Counted from the stretch's first letter, positions 10,806 through 21,607 are shown. The stretch: DNA of 64,000 bases from Gammaproteobacteria bacterium (GCA_028279275.1 JANQOB010000006.1:188799-252798); one strand, 5' to 3'. Made by a program: numbers and translations. The notes: a model not told the origin generated them from the sequence alone.

Positions 10806-12740
10806 TTGGCGTTTAAAAAAATTTGGCCATGCCTGCTGTCACTAAAAGTGTCCACGAAATTCGAAACTAAAACACACAATCAGTTTGAATTACTAAAAGA
10901 AAGGCGTTTTCGTCCTTTCTTTCTTACGCAATTTTTTGGTGCATTTAACGACAATGTCTTTAAGAATGCACTTTTGATATCGATAGCCTTTCAAAGTAGC
11001 TATTCGGGTTCAGACACCTCAAGTTATATCATTAACCTGGCTGCAATTTTATTTATCACTCCTTTCCTGTTGTTTTCATCTACTGCGGGACAAATTGCTG
11101 ACCGCTATGAAAAATCACTATTAATTAGACGCATTAAAATAGCTGAAATATGTATTATGATATTGGCGACGATAGGTTTTTATCTGCAAAGCATCCCATT
11201 ACTATTATTCGCTCTCTTCTTAATGGGTGCACAATCTTCGTTATTTGGACCAATAAAATATTCTATTATTCCTCAACATCTCAACAAGTATGAACTTGTA
11301 GGTGGTAATGCACTCGTTGAAACAGGTACTTTTGGTGCTATTTTAATAGGAACTATGCTTGGCGCTATTTTGGTTGGTTTACCTAATGGAACCAAATTAC
11401 TAGTACCAATAACGATACTTACATTAGCTACATTAGGCTTTATAAATAGTTTGAAAATTCCTTTAGCGCCAGCTGTTGATCCAAATCATAAAATTAAATG
11501 GAATGTACTATCAGAGACTTTTAATAATTTAAATACATTAAGACAAAACCGAACGGTATTTCACTCTGTTTTAGGTGTGTCGTGGTTCTGGTTTCTTGGA
11601 GCTACATATATAACTCAGTTGCCTAATTTCACTCGCCTTTCACTTGGTGCTAATGAGCAAGTTGTAACACTCTTCCTAGCATTATTTTGTATAGGTATAG
11701 GCGTAGGTTCACTCACTTGTGAACGACTTTCTAACCGCACAATTGAACTAGGTTTGGTTCCGATTGGCTCTATCGGACTTACGTTATTCGGTATTGATTT
11801 ATTCTTTTCTACTACAACTCAAGCCGCACCAGAATTAGTCGGTTTTAAAGATTTTATCTCAAACAGAGCTAACTGGCGTTTAGTTTTGGATATTTTCTTA
11901 TTAGGTGTATTCGGTGGTATTTATATCGTACCACTATATGCGCTTATACAAGCACGCTCTAATCCCAAACGTCGCTCACGCGTGATTGCAGGCAACAATA
12001 TTTTGAATGCATTATTTATGATTGCTGCTGCAATCTACGCAATTATATTAATCAATTTAGGTTTGACGATCCCACAACTATTTTTAATTGCGGCAATATT
12101 AAATGCAGTTGTTGCTATTTATATATACACACTCGTGCCAGAATTTTTTATGCGTTTTGTGACTTGGATATTAGTAAATCTTGTATATAGAATTAAAAAA
12201 GTCAATTTAGATAATATTCCTGAAGAAGGGCCTGCCGTAATTGTTTCAAATCATGTTAGCTTAATGGATGCGCTGATTATAGGAGGCAGTGTTCGAAGAC
12301 CCATTCGTTTTGTGATGTACCATAAAATTTTCAATATTCCTTTTTTGAGCTTTATTTTCAAAACCGCAAATGCAATTCCTATTGCGCCCAAAAAAGAAAA
12401 TCCTGAATTATTAGAGCTTGCCTACAGCAAAATTGCTGAAGAGTTACAAAACGGTAATGTAGTAGGTATTTTTCCAGAGGGTAAACTTACTTCTGACGGA
12501 AACGTAGACAGCTTTAAGCCTGGAATAGAGCGTATATTAAAAGAAACACCGGTACCGGTAATTCCTATTGCATTAGAGGGTATGTGGGGTAGTTTTTTCA
12601 GCAATAAGCATGGTAGTCCATTTAGTAGATTCCCGCGTAGAATACTAGCAAGAATTAAAATAACGGCTGGCAATCTCTTACCTGCTAATCAAGTAAGTGC
12701 AACGAAACTGCAGCAAATTGTGATTAAAATGTTGAATTAA
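10806..12740 (+). CDS. MFS transporter fused to PlsC-type acyltransferase (LplT/Aas-like lysophospholipid transporter-acyltransferase)
   Basis: 12-TM N-terminal region then SNHVSLMDA...FPEGKLT acyltransferase motifs. Confidence 0.75.
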   Translation: MAFKKIWPCLLSLKVSTKFETKTHNQFELLKERRFRPFFLTQFFGAFNDNVFKNALLISIAFQSSYSGSDTSSYIINLAAILFITPFLLFSSTAGQIADRYEKSLLIRRIKIAEICIMILATIGFYLQSIPLLLFALFLMGAQSSLFGPIKYSIIPQHLNKYELVGGNALVETGTFGAILIGTMLGAILVGLPNGTKLLVPITILTLATLGFINSLKIPLAPAVDPNHKIKWNVLSETFNNLNTLRQNRTVFHSVLGVSWFWFLGATYITQLPNFTRLSLGANEQVVTLFLALFCIGIGVGSLTCERLSNRTIELGLVPIGSIGLTLFGIDLFFSTTTQAAPELVGFKDFISNRANWRLVLDIFLLGVFGGIYIVPLYALIQARSNPKRRSRVIAGNNILNALFMIAAAIYAIILINLGLTIPQLFLIAAILNAVVAIYIYTLVPEFFMRFVTWILVNLVYRIKKVNLDNIPEEGPAVIVSNHVSLMDALIIGGSVRRPIRFVMYHKIFNIPFLSFIFKTANAIPIAPKKENPELLELAYSKIAEELQNGNVVGIFPEGKLTSDGNVDSFKPGIERILKETPVPVIPIALEGMWGSFFSNKHGSPFSRFPRRILARIKITAGNLLPANQVSATKLQQIVIKMLN

Positions 12741-12814
12741 AGTGTGTAGTATCGAAATTAATTTCGTTTAAAATATATTTCTAGTTTATGACCCAATAGA
12801 TTCCATGAACGCTC

Positions 12815-13420
12815 ATGACGCTATATAAAGTTAAACACCATACGTTAGACCCCTACTCTTCTAAGGCGATTCGTAATATTTTGCCTGATAAAAAGTATAT
12901 AGTTGATGAATTTATTCAACAAATTGAAACGTATATTGAAGATTATCATGCAGTGGTGAAAAGTAGCCTCAATATACCTCAGGCCCAAATAACTGCAAAT
13001 AAACTTGATGATACAGCTGAAAATATAAATAAAGTATTAAATGATTTACAGACTTTACCTACTTTTGGCATACCCTTATTAAAAGCTAAAGCATCATTCT
13101 CTGGATTAGGTTATTTGCCTGAAATATTAGACCGCACACGAACCGATCTTATGCATGTAAGAGATGTTATCAATTGGTCAACAGATAATATCCGTGGGCA
13201 AACCAACCAAGATGCCCTACATCGATTAAAAACCTTGATTTCAAACACAGCAAAACTTTATAAAACAAAATTTAATAGAGCTTTGAGTACGGACGAAAAA
13301 TCTGAATTCATGCAAATTATGCAAATTTTATTTATAGAAATCGAAGAAACATTTTCAAAAAAAATTATTCAAAAGGAAATCGATTCTCTTCTAGAAGCTG
13401 ACTTATCAATAAAGTACTAA
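12815..13420 (+). CDS. hypothetical protein
   Basis: 201-aa ORF, helical, no motif recognised. Confidence 0.4.
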   Translation: MTLYKVKHHTLDPYSSKAIRNILPDKKYIVDEFIQQIETYIEDYHAVVKSSLNIPQAQITANKLDDTAENINKVLNDLQTLPTFGIPLLKAKASFSGLGYLPEILDRTRTDLMHVRDVINWSTDNIRGQTNQDALHRLKTLISNTAKLYKTKFNRALSTDEKSEFMQIMQILFIEIEETFSKKIIQKEIDSLLEADLSIKY

Positions 13421-13449
13421 TACCTTATACAAAAGAAAATTATTCTTAG

Positions 13450-14439
13450 CTATTGTATTGTTATCCCTTCAACACGCATTAAATGCATTAACGCATCTTC
13501 TAACATTGAGCGCGCCTGCGCAGTTGTTGCATGAAGGTACGAATGCAGTGCAGCATCTTGCTTACTTTCATTTTCACATTCAGCACTATAGATTTCGAAT
13601 GCAACCAAATGACGAACCAACTCAGTTATATGTTTTGGACACTCACACTTAATTGTATCTGAGCGTTTAGCAAGCTCAAGTAATTGTTTATTACTAAAGC
13701 TTCTTGCAGGTATTGTTTGCTCAAAGTGTAAAGTTGAACCCACTTCTAAACCAGGCAATCTACCACTGCCACCGGAGTGATAAATACATAAACGACCTAA
13801 CTCTTGGACATCGATTGATGAGCGAACTACTGTAGTTTGAGATGACTGAATTTGTTCAATATAGTCTTGGTTACTGAATCCATAAATTAAAATAACATGC
13901 CATGCGCCACTGATTTCTCGAATTTTCTGAATTTCCGAATTAGTAAACTGATTAATGGTTGGCTTTTCAACCACAACAACTTCAGGTTGTTTTGATTGCA
14001 CAACATCTGACTCTAATTCTTCAGCTGTTTCGTATACACCTACAATATTAATGCCATTGACTTCTGGCAACCCATCTAATATTCGTAACGGTATACTGTC
14101 CCCTAATAACGCTACATTACAGACATCGGTCTCAGAAAAAGTTTCTTTAGAACTTGTACGATTGTTATCTCCAATAATAACTGCATCTAACTCGGCACGC
14201 TCTTTAAGCTGCTCCATATTTAAGCGTGCAATTGTGCCTATCGATATTCCAGCATCAACCAATGATTTTAGTAGAAGTAATTTTGCTACATCATCACGCG
14301 AATAGTTACGATCACCCGATTCAGTACGTGATGGCGTAACTGCGTTATATCTTCGCTCCCAAGCACGTAAGGTTTCGGAGCCAATTCCTGTAATTCTAGA
14401 TACTGCCCCAATTTTGTATGTTGTTAGCTGGTTATCCAT
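13450..14439 (-). CDS. MerR-family transcriptional regulator with long C-terminal sensor-like extension
   Basis: N-terminal YKIGAVSRITGIGSETLRAWERRY MerR HTH; 329 aa. Confidence 0.6.
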   Translation of the reverse strand: MDNQLTTYKIGAVSRITGIGSETLRAWERRYNAVTPSRTESGDRNYSRDDVAKLLLLKSLVDAGISIGTIARLNMEQLKERAELDAVIIGDNNRTSSKETFSETDVCNVALLGDSIPLRILDGLPEVNGINIVGVYETAEELESDVVQSKQPEVVVVEKPTINQFTNSEIQKIREISGAWHVILIYGFSNQDYIEQIQSSQTTVVRSSIDVQELGRLCIYHSGGSGRLPGLEVGSTLHFEQTIPARSFSNKQLLELAKRSDTIKCECPKHITELVRHLVAFEIYSAECENESKQDAALHSYLHATTAQARSMLEDALMHLMRVEGITIQ

Positions 14440-14713
14440 TCATATAATCCTTGAAATTTTCTTTAACTTTCTGTACAGGTTTAGTAAATCTAACCTGTAC
14501 ATGGAATGTAAATCAAAGATCAATTTTTTGCAAAGATCTATACAAAGCATCAGCATTAAATTTAGATAATGCCTATCAAGGCTCTGCTCATTTGAACATA
14601 AGCTACTGTTTTATATTGAATAATTCAGATTTTGTTTGATTATTTACAATGCACAGTTGAATCTTATAATTCAACTCGGATGAGTATGTACAAAATTTTG
14701 GGATGTTTTTTGA

Positions 14714-14947
14714 TCAAGAGTTTGAAGATTGTTTTTGCTGCTCACGAATGCTTGTATCACTCGCTTCTTGCAGGATGGTATTTGCTTCGTCTTCATTAAA
14801 CTCGTAGACGAGGCTATCTCGATAATAATCAACTACTTTGTTCATAATGCGGATAATCTCAAAATCTTTGAGATCATTTGTTGTTCTGATTCCTTCCATA
14901 TACTTAAGAACCTTATGCTCCAAGGTACTTTCACCAAAATAACTCAT
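14714..14947 (-). CDS. hypothetical small acidic protein
   Basis: 77-aa ORF; overlaps an antisense ORF of similar length, choice of strand uncertain. Confidence 0.25.
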   Translation of the reverse strand: MSYFGESTLEHKVLKYMEGIRTTNDLKDFEIIRIMNKVVDYYRDSLVYEFNEDEANTILQEASDTSIREQQKQSSNS

Positions 14948-15490
14948 GGATAAACCCCTAAATTTTCTAGCATTATTGCTATATGTTATTGAGCCTTATT
15001 AAGGTATGTGAATCTATATATGGCTGAACGTATCGTTAAAGGTGACAGGGGGATATTAACTAGACCGATTCGCAATTTTGCCTCTACTCAAAGTAACTAA
15101 CTCCATAATAGTGATTTACAGATTTCAAGGGCTTATTGCGCCTTAGAGATCCACTATAAAAAATATTTACTGCTTTTTTCAACTAAAGTGATAACCGCTA
15201 TTCTTTTAGAAAAACATTGTTTTCGTAAATTATTTGAATCACACACTTTAGATATGCTTTATATTACTTTAAAAGATCAAACTGATGACTACGGCTTATA
15301 ACTATAAACTTGATACTTAAATTTTGTTAATTTGTTCACAAATTCTGGAATCTATAACGTCTACTGTGTCACTATATAGTTGTTTCATAATAACTATTAG
15401 ACTATTTATAAAATTAAACTATGTCTAAAACATAGCAACGGGGAGAGTTGGTAAAAAACGGAACTTTTTACAACTACACTTGAGATTTAA

Positions 15491-15982
15491 ATGAACATTA
15501 CTGAAGAAGAAAATGATTTCACAAAGCGAGTGCTTGAGAATAATCAATCAGAAAATGATGCTGATATCATTACCTATATTGAAACCATTCACAGCATTGC
15601 TAGAAAAAAGACTACCGGTTACTTAAAAAAGCATCAAGTTAACTATCAACAATGGCGCATTTTAAAGTCTATTTACCTAGAGCTTGCAATTACGCCCGCT
15701 AAAGTTTCTGCAGCAACTTTTACTGATTCTGGGACTATTAGTAGGCAGCTTGAATTGCTTGAAACAAAGGGTTTAGTCAAAAGAGAACACAGCAAACAAG
15801 ACCGTCGGGTAGTAAATTTAAAGCTGACTCCAGAAGGTGAAAATGTTGCCAAAGATGGTATTAAATTTAGTGAAAAGCTAATCGACTGTGTGCGCGATAA
15901 AATTGGTGCTGAAAAAACAAAAGACTTTCACCAAGCATTAATTGGCGCTTTAAAATGTTCTGCATTCTGCAATGACAAATAA
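15491..15982 (+). CDS. MarR-family transcriptional regulator
   Basis: winged-helix pattern QWRILKSIYL...LETKGLVKREHSKQDRRVVNLKLTPEG. Confidence 0.75.
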   Translation: MNITEEENDFTKRVLENNQSENDADIITYIETIHSIARKKTTGYLKKHQVNYQQWRILKSIYLELAITPAKVSAATFTDSGTISRQLELLETKGLVKREHSKQDRRVVNLKLTPEGENVAKDGIKFSEKLIDCVRDKIGAEKTKDFHQALIGALKCSAFCNDK

Positions 15983-16014
15983 GCTATTACCGTTTCATAA
16001 AAAAATTTAAAAAA

Positions 16015-16046
16015 TAAAAAAGCCTCCGGAATCGGAGGCTTTTATC
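16015..16046 (+). terminator. rho-independent terminator after MarR gene
   Basis: AGCCTCCG-GAAT-CGGAGGCT followed by TTTTAT. Confidence 0.7.
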
Positions 16047-16247
16047 TGAATGCGTAATAAGAATACGCATGGAGTTGGACTCGGTTTTATTTTATTAATG
16101 AAACTTATGCTTGTGTAAGTACACAGTACTAGCAATTATAATTCCCACTAAAGCGATAAGATCAAAAACAAGAATTGTGTGTGTAACTTCCATTTTGTTT
16201 CCCCACTAATAGCTTATTTAATGTTTGTAATAAATTATCCCATCAAA

Positions 16248-16451
16248 TTATTCATATACCTTAGATTGCGAATTTAGTTGCGAGATCCAATCGTATATTT
16301 CCAATATCTGGTCACGGCTTAAATTCGAATCATTTACGGCACTTTCAGAAAAATTCTGATGAGCTTTTAATGAATGCAGTTTTTTAACTGTTGGGAACTT
16401 ATGCAATCGAGAAGACTTGTACAGTCTTTGAATACTTTTAAATGACAGCAT
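16248..16451 (-). CDS. hypothetical small protein
   Basis: 67-aa ORF only. Confidence 0.2.
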   Translation of the reverse strand: MLSFKSIQRLYKSSRLHKFPTVKKLHSLKAHQNFSESAVNDSNLSRDQILEIYDWISQLNSQSKVYE

Positions 16452-16651
16452 GAATGCTCCTTTTCAATACGTTAGTTATATCCTATAACTTAGCCATACT
16501 TATCCTGTATGCCTGTAACTCATTGTATCGGCGTGCTATTCAATTACTTTAGCTTTAATCCCAAATGGTTGCTTATGCATGATAATTGGTAGTAAGTCAC
16601 GGATTTTAGGTGCATTTTATATAAATCATTGAGATATTTTATGACTATAGC

Positions 16652-16848
16652 CTCAAATCAAACAATTTTGCTTACACCTTCTTACTTATTCCTGGACTAT
16701 CTTTATATCTAAAAACCTACTCATACTGTTCGACGATGCCCTGGGATTCATCCCAAATCAAACAAATTTGCTTATACCGTCTTACGCACGCCTAGACCAA
16801 CTTTGAATCTAAAAATCTGCTCATACTGTTCGACGATGTCCGTCTGGC
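16652..16848. repeat. imperfect ~95-bp tandem duplication spanning the 3' end of the Y-family polymerase gene
   Basis: two consecutive units each ending ...CATACTGTTCGACGATG(C/T)CC..; second unit overlaps the stop codon region at 16821. Confidence 0.6.
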
Positions 16849-18047
16849 TTCCAAGCAGGCGCAATTACATTCGGCATATCTGAACGATGCAAAAGATTAG
16901 CTGGCGCTAAAGTAAACTCGCCATAACGTTGGTTAATTTTGTCCATTACCTGATTAATACTGTCTCGCTTAAGATTCTTTTGAGCAAACAAAGAAAGTTG
17001 GTTACCTTTTGTTTTTGGGTCAATTGCAGTAATTTGCACCTGAAAACATCCTTCTCCGTGCCAATAGTTATTTAGAAAATCATTCGCGAGCCTTTTAATT
17101 TCATGACTATCGTCTGTAGGTTCAATAGTTTTCATCTTTAACGCTAACCATTTTTGTTCTGTGCGAAAACCAATAAAAAAAAGTTGTCCTTCTAGATCAT
17201 GCTTTCGTAAACGTGCTGCAACTTTTTCTGCCATATGATGCAAATAGATTCTCAAGATACTTTTATTTGTTGTATTCGGCGGCATAACCTTACCGTGGCC
17301 TATCGACTTAGGTGCTGCAACAATAGGCTGTAAAGGTTCCGGATCTAGGCCCTGAGCCATGTACCAAATCCGCCTGCCCGGGTTACCAAAACGTCTTGCT
17401 AGTTCTCCAATTGGCAATTTCTTCATATCGCCACATACATATACACCACGATTCGCTAGAAACTGACCAATCCCCTTTGCAATACCGCATAAATCCGTTA
17501 CAGGTAATGTTTTAAGGAATTCTTCTGACTCCCAAGGCGGCACAACAATATGCCCATCGGGTTTATCTTTTTTAGCTGCAACTTTGGCTGTAGTCTTATC
17601 TCCACTAATACCAACACTACAGGGCACACCCCCTGCCTCATACACAGTATCTTTAATAAGCCTTCCCATATTTGCAGGATCACCGTAAATATTTTGACAG
17701 TGAGTAAGATCTAAAAAGGCTTCATCTACTGAAAATACTTCAACATCAGGCGTAATGTTTTGCAATGCAGACATAATATTAGTGGACACTTCTGCATAAC
17801 GATAAGGTCTAGCTGGCACTTGAATTACATCAGGACATAATTCTTTTGCGTACTTAATTCGAGTAGCTGTTTTTATGCCATAGGCTCTTGCTTCATAGGA
17901 GCATGTAATAAAACACGTGCCAGTAAGACCATTTGTAATACCTATCGGCTGGCCACGTAACTCCGGATGATCATGTTGCTCGATGCTCGCAAAGAAAGCG
18001 TCCATATCGATTAGTGCAATAGCACGCTCCCAATGTCTCATCACCAA
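16821..18047 (-). CDS. Y-family DNA polymerase (UmuC/DinB-like, catalytic residues intact)
   Basis: IDMDAFFASIE and SVDEAFLD catalytic motifs; 408 aa; immediately downstream of lexA. Confidence 0.85.
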   Translation of the reverse strand: MVMRHWERAIALIDMDAFFASIEQHDHPELRGQPIGITNGLTGTCFITCSYEARAYGIKTATRIKYAKELCPDVIQVPARPYRYAEVSTNIMSALQNITPDVEVFSVDEAFLDLTHCQNIYGDPANMGRLIKDTVYEAGGVPCSVGISGDKTTAKVAAKKDKPDGHIVVPPWESEEFLKTLPVTDLCGIAKGIGQFLANRGVYVCGDMKKLPIGELARRFGNPGRRIWYMAQGLDPEPLQPIVAAPKSIGHGKVMPPNTTNKSILRIYLHHMAEKVAARLRKHDLEGQLFFIGFRTEQKWLALKMKTIEPTDDSHEIKRLANDFLNNYWHGEGCFQVQITAIDPKTKGNQLSLFAQKNLKRDSINQVMDKINQRYGEFTLAPANLLHRSDMPNVIAPAWKPDGHRRTV

Positions 18048-18057
18048 TCAACATGAA

Positions 18058-18660
18058 CTAGATATACATTCGTACTTGACCCACTAAAATCCCTTGAATA
18101 TCAACACGACTAGCTGCATATTCTTTTGGTTGCATTGTTTTATTAGCAGGGATTAAGCGAATAACATCCCGGTTTGGGAATTTAATTCTTTTTAAAGTTG
18201 CATTTTCACCATCAATGAGTGCTACAACAATTTGATTACTGCGTGCAGTACTTGCCTGTTCAATAACAACAAGATCACCATTACGAATCCCCTCATCAAT
18301 CATAGAGTGACCTTTCACTTGCAATACATAACGGTTGGGGCCACCTAATAAATTTGCAAAGTTAATGAGTTCACGATTTTCAATTGCTTCAATGGGTTTG
18401 CCGGCAGCAATACGTCCTAATAGTGGTAATTCATCGCAATCAGGATGGCCTTCCAATTCGATACCACGATGCTTTTGATGCCGGCGTATGTAACCCTGTT
18501 CTTCTAGTGTAGATAAGTAACGGTGCACCACTCCTTTGGACTGAATGCCTAAGCCCGTAGCAATTTCAGTTAACAACGGTGCTTTGCGGTGCTTGGCAAT
18601 ATACTCTTGAATAAAATGTAGAGTGCTCTGTTCGCGTTCAGTCAGCATAATGTTCTCCAT
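18058..18660 (-). CDS. lexA: LexA repressor (S24 peptidase)
   Basis: 200 aa; N-terminal winged HTH, LPLLGRIAAGKPIEA cleavage region (Ala-Gly), GHSM...K Ser/Lys dyad; near-collinear with E. coli LexA. Confidence 0.85.
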   Translation of the reverse strand: MENIMLTEREQSTLHFIQEYIAKHRKAPLLTEIATGLGIQSKGVVHRYLSTLEEQGYIRRHQKHRGIELEGHPDCDELPLLGRIAAGKPIEAIENRELINFANLLGGPNRYVLQVKGHSMIDEGIRNGDLVVIEQASTARSNQIVVALIDGENATLKRIKFPNRDVIRLIPANKTMQPKEYAASRVDIQGILVGQVRMYI

Positions 18661-18690
18661 AAGTTCTCATCATAGAGAACTTATGGAGAA
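18653..18690. promoter_or_regulatory. perfect 16-bp inverted repeat (6-bp spacer) overlapping the lexA start codon; putative operator
   Basis: TTCTCCATAAGTTCTC-ATCATA-GAGAACTTATGGAGAA; each arm contains GTTC-N7-GTTC. Confidence 0.5.
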
Positions 18691-18693
18691 CAT

Positions 18694-19161
18694 TCAATGG
18701 GCTTGGCAATAATTTTTTTGATTATTTACAAGATATTGTTCTATAAGCTTTTTTGCTTGTTGTTGCTCATCCTCTGTCAATGCATCATATTTGCCACGAT
18801 GATTGCCTAAGTAAGACCAACCATAGCCCCAGCGATACCAGTTATAAAAATAAGGGCTACCCCCAAAACGCACGCCTTCGTACATCACTTTTGCTAACGA
18901 CTCATCCTGTGTTTTTTTAAATACACATTGTTTAAGCTTACGATCTGCAAGCTCACGCTCTTCTTCTGTTCCACCTTTCCAATATGCCAAATCATGTTGG
19001 AAACAACATTCGCACCAATCATCATTGGTAATTAAAGAACTATCCGGAAAAAGTGAACAACCATCACTCGTAAATGGGCTTAGCTCTACATCATTGCTAC
19101 ATGAAAAAATAGCGATACAAAAGAAAAAATAAACCGAATAAGTGCTTATTTTGTTCTTCAT
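18694..19161 (-). CDS. secreted lipoprotein with prokaryotic phospholipase-A2-like motif
   Basis: signal peptide plus lipobox (FSCSN); DGCS...CCFQHDLAYW resembles the DGCS/CxxHDxxY pattern of bacterial/fungal secreted PLA2. Confidence 0.4.
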   Translation of the reverse strand: MKNKISTYSVYFFFCIAIFSCSNDVELSPFTSDGCSLFPDSSLITNDDWCECCFQHDLAYWKGGTEEERELADRKLKQCVFKKTQDESLAKVMYEGVRFGGSPYFYNWYRWGYGWSYLGNHRGKYDALTEDEQQQAKKLIEQYLVNNQKNYCQAH

Positions 19162-19180
19162 TTTTTACCTTTGAATATAT

Positions 19181-19192
19181 TGGCGCGCCCGG
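19181..19192 (-). repeat. 12-nt remnant of the tRNA-Arg 3' end (TGGCGCGCCCGG)
   Basis: GC-rich 12-mer identical to the tRNA 3' end at 37057-37068 and preceded by similar AT-rich context as the other copies. Confidence 0.5.
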
Positions 19193-19735
19193 TAGTGAGT
19201 ACATGGAAGTACGAATATGAGACGCATCATAGATTATAGGAACATTATAAATAAAAATAATTGGAGAGATTATAAAATACATCCCTGTATTTTGCGCTAT
19301 GAACCCTTCGCCTGCAGCAATGTTGAAATTCGTTTCTGATGAATATGCCAGCCGGTTTTCTATCTCCCGCACTCAATGGATTTCTTTGTAATTAACCTTA
19401 CAAATATACAAACTCTGAACCTAACTCCAGACATCATTGACTACATACAAATTATCTTAATCCTGAAAACATCATAACAATTACTAAGCTTTATAAAAGT
19501 TTAATAAAGTTATTATGAAATGTTATTATATTAACTAATATTTACAGCGCTTTGTAAAAACTAAAAAGTGCTGTAAATAATTTTACCAAGGTTGGGCCAA
19601 GGTTGGGATTCACCCCTCTTTTAAATATTGATAAAGGAATATTTTTCATGGCTCCTATGTGGCTAGACATTTTTATTCAATAAATTTTTAGAAAAACTAT
19701 TTCTAATTTTTTACTTAAAATTTACTAAATAGTTA

Positions 19736-21607
19736 ATGGTAACTAATAGAAATAATAGTAAATCGATTCAACTGAAAATTTGTCATATTGCTGCCACAAC
19801 AGAGGGAGCAACTTGGATGTATGAACAACTTCGAGACTTAAGGTCAATTTATGGTTTTGATGTTTCTGCAATAATTTCAGGAAATAATGGAGCACTTGTA
19901 GATAACCTTAAAAAAAGTAATATCCCATTTCATGTTTGTGATTTTGAATTCATAGGTTCAAAAGACCTTCTCTCGCTTCCATTTAAAATTATTAAGCTTG
20001 CACGACTTCTAAGACGAGAAAAATTTGATGTTGTGCAAACACATCTATTCCATTCTATGGTGATTGGTCGGCTAGCTGCGTGGTTGGCAAATATTCCTGT
20101 AAGAATATCAATGATTGCAGGACCATATCACCTAGAAGCATACACACCCAAATGGGTTGATCGAGCAACATGTTGGATGGATTCAGAAATCATTGCTTCT
20201 TGTGAATACACTCGCAAACTCTATCGTGAAATGGGGGTTAAAGATAAAAATATAGGCCTTGTATATTATGGGCCAGATCAAAATAAGTTTGATTCCAGAA
20301 CAACTAAACCCGCGACTATACGTTCAGAGTTTGGCTGGGCAGCTGATACTCCTCTTATTGTAATGATTGCTTACTTCTACCCACCTCATTACCCCAGCCG
20401 CTGGACTCCTCCAGCACTTTGGGGGAAAGCACTCAAAGGACATCAAGATCTAATTAATGCTATGCCAATTGTTCTTTCAAGTATCCCTAAGGCGCGTTGC
20501 ATTCTAGTTGGTTCAGGCTGGGGCGAAGCAGGAATTGAATATAAAACCAAAATGGAAAAATTGGTCTCTTCACTTGGCTTGGATAAAGAAATTTTATTTA
20601 CAGGTTTTCGTACTGATATTAATAATATTTTACGTGCCGCTGACGTTTCAGTTCAGCCATCCTTGAATGAAAACTTAGGAGGAACTATTGAATCACTTCT
20701 CATGGAGTGCCCGACAGTAGCCACTCGAATTGGTGGAATGACAGATAGCATTATAAACAATAAGACTGGCATTCTCGTTGAACCATCAAATCCAAAAGAT
20801 CTAGCCTGCGGCATTATCAAAATATTAAAAAATCCTTCAAATGCAAAATTGTATGGTCACAATGGACGTCAACTAATGTTGAAGAAGTTTGTTCTTAGCA
20901 AAACGGTTTCTAATTTACAAAATATTTACATACGATTATACGCAAAGGCAAAAAAACAAGTTTATCTATTTGTACTATTAACACGTGCATTAATATTTAT
21001 TCCGTTCTCTGCATATTTTGCAATTCGATTATTTTTTATAGATATCTTATTTCTTTCCAAATGGGATGCAGGTTGGAGACCCTGGAAAATTAAAGCATTG
21101 CTACAAAGCATATATGCTCCTGTAAGATTTTTAAAACTTTTTCCTTATCACATTTATGGATTATTGCGAAGTATCTCAGCTAATACAAAAGCTCTTGAAA
21201 CTTGGGATCTAATTTTTGCCAAAATTAAATCAACTAAACTTGCCTTTCCACGTATACCTAATAAATCACTAATTTTTTTCCCGATAAAAAAGATTAACTC
21301 TCAATGGAATTTTTATATAAAAAATAAACTATTTAGGTTTTTGACCCAATTTTTTATAGAAGTGCGTTTAAAGATAATTTCCATATGGAGTTTTTATAAA
21401 AAAAGTAAATTATTTAAGTTCTGGAATCAATTTTTTGCTGAAGCACGTTTACTGAAGCAGGATCAACCAGACTCGATGCTAATAATTATCAAGATTCTGC
21501 CTTATCACATTTATGGCTTTGTCAGAGAATGCTTAGAAGGCACTAAAGCTCTCTATTATTGGGATCGTTTTTTGAAAAAAATACGCGAAAATGATAAAGA
21601 TCGATAA
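19736..21607 (+). CDS. GT4-family glycosyltransferase with unusual ~230-aa hydrophobic/aromatic C-terminal extension containing internal repeats
   Basis: GT-B fold pattern (...FTGFRTDINNILRAADVSVQPSLNENLGGTIESLLMECPTVATRIGG...); C-terminus repeats LPYHIYG twice. Confidence 0.7.
   Translation: MVTNRNNSKSIQLKICHIAATTEGATWMYEQLRDLRSIYGFDVSAIISGNNGALVDNLKKSNIPFHVCDFEFIGSKDLLSLPFKIIKLARLLRREKFDVVQTHLFHSMVIGRLAAWLANIPVRISMIAGPYHLEAYTPKWVDRATCWMDSEIIASCEYTRKLYREMGVKDKNIGLVYYGPDQNKFDSRTTKPATIRSEFGWAADTPLIVMIAYFYPPHYPSRWTPPALWGKALKGHQDLINAMPIVLSSIPKARCILVGSGWGEAGIEYKTKMEKLVSSLGLDKEILFTGFRTDINNILRAADVSVQPSLNENLGGTIESLLMECPTVATRIGGMTDSIINNKTGILVEPSNPKDLACGIIKILKNPSNAKLYGHNGRQLMLKKFVLSKTVSNLQNIYIRLYAKAKKQVYLFVLLTRALIFIPFSAYFAIRLFFIDILFLSKWDAGWRPWKIKALLQSIYAPVRFLKLFPYHIYGLLRSISANTKALETWDLIFAKIKSTKLAFPRIPNKSLIFFPIKKINSQWNFYIKNKLFRFLTQFFIEVRLKIISIWSFYKKSKLFKFWNQFFAEARLLKQDQPDSMLIIIKILPYHIYGFVRECLEGTKALYYWDRFLKKIRENDKDR

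Noticed and set aside
14451..14639. 62-aa ORF in the MerR upstream region
   Set aside because: AT-rich intergenic, no RBS, low-complexity translation.
18058..18660. Calling the 200-aa S24 protein an Acinetobacter-type UmuDAb
   Set aside because: The sequence is essentially collinear with canonical LexA (wHTH plus AAG cleavage site plus Ser/Lys), and the genome context (sat, MSHA) does not look like Acinetobacter. Kept as LexA.
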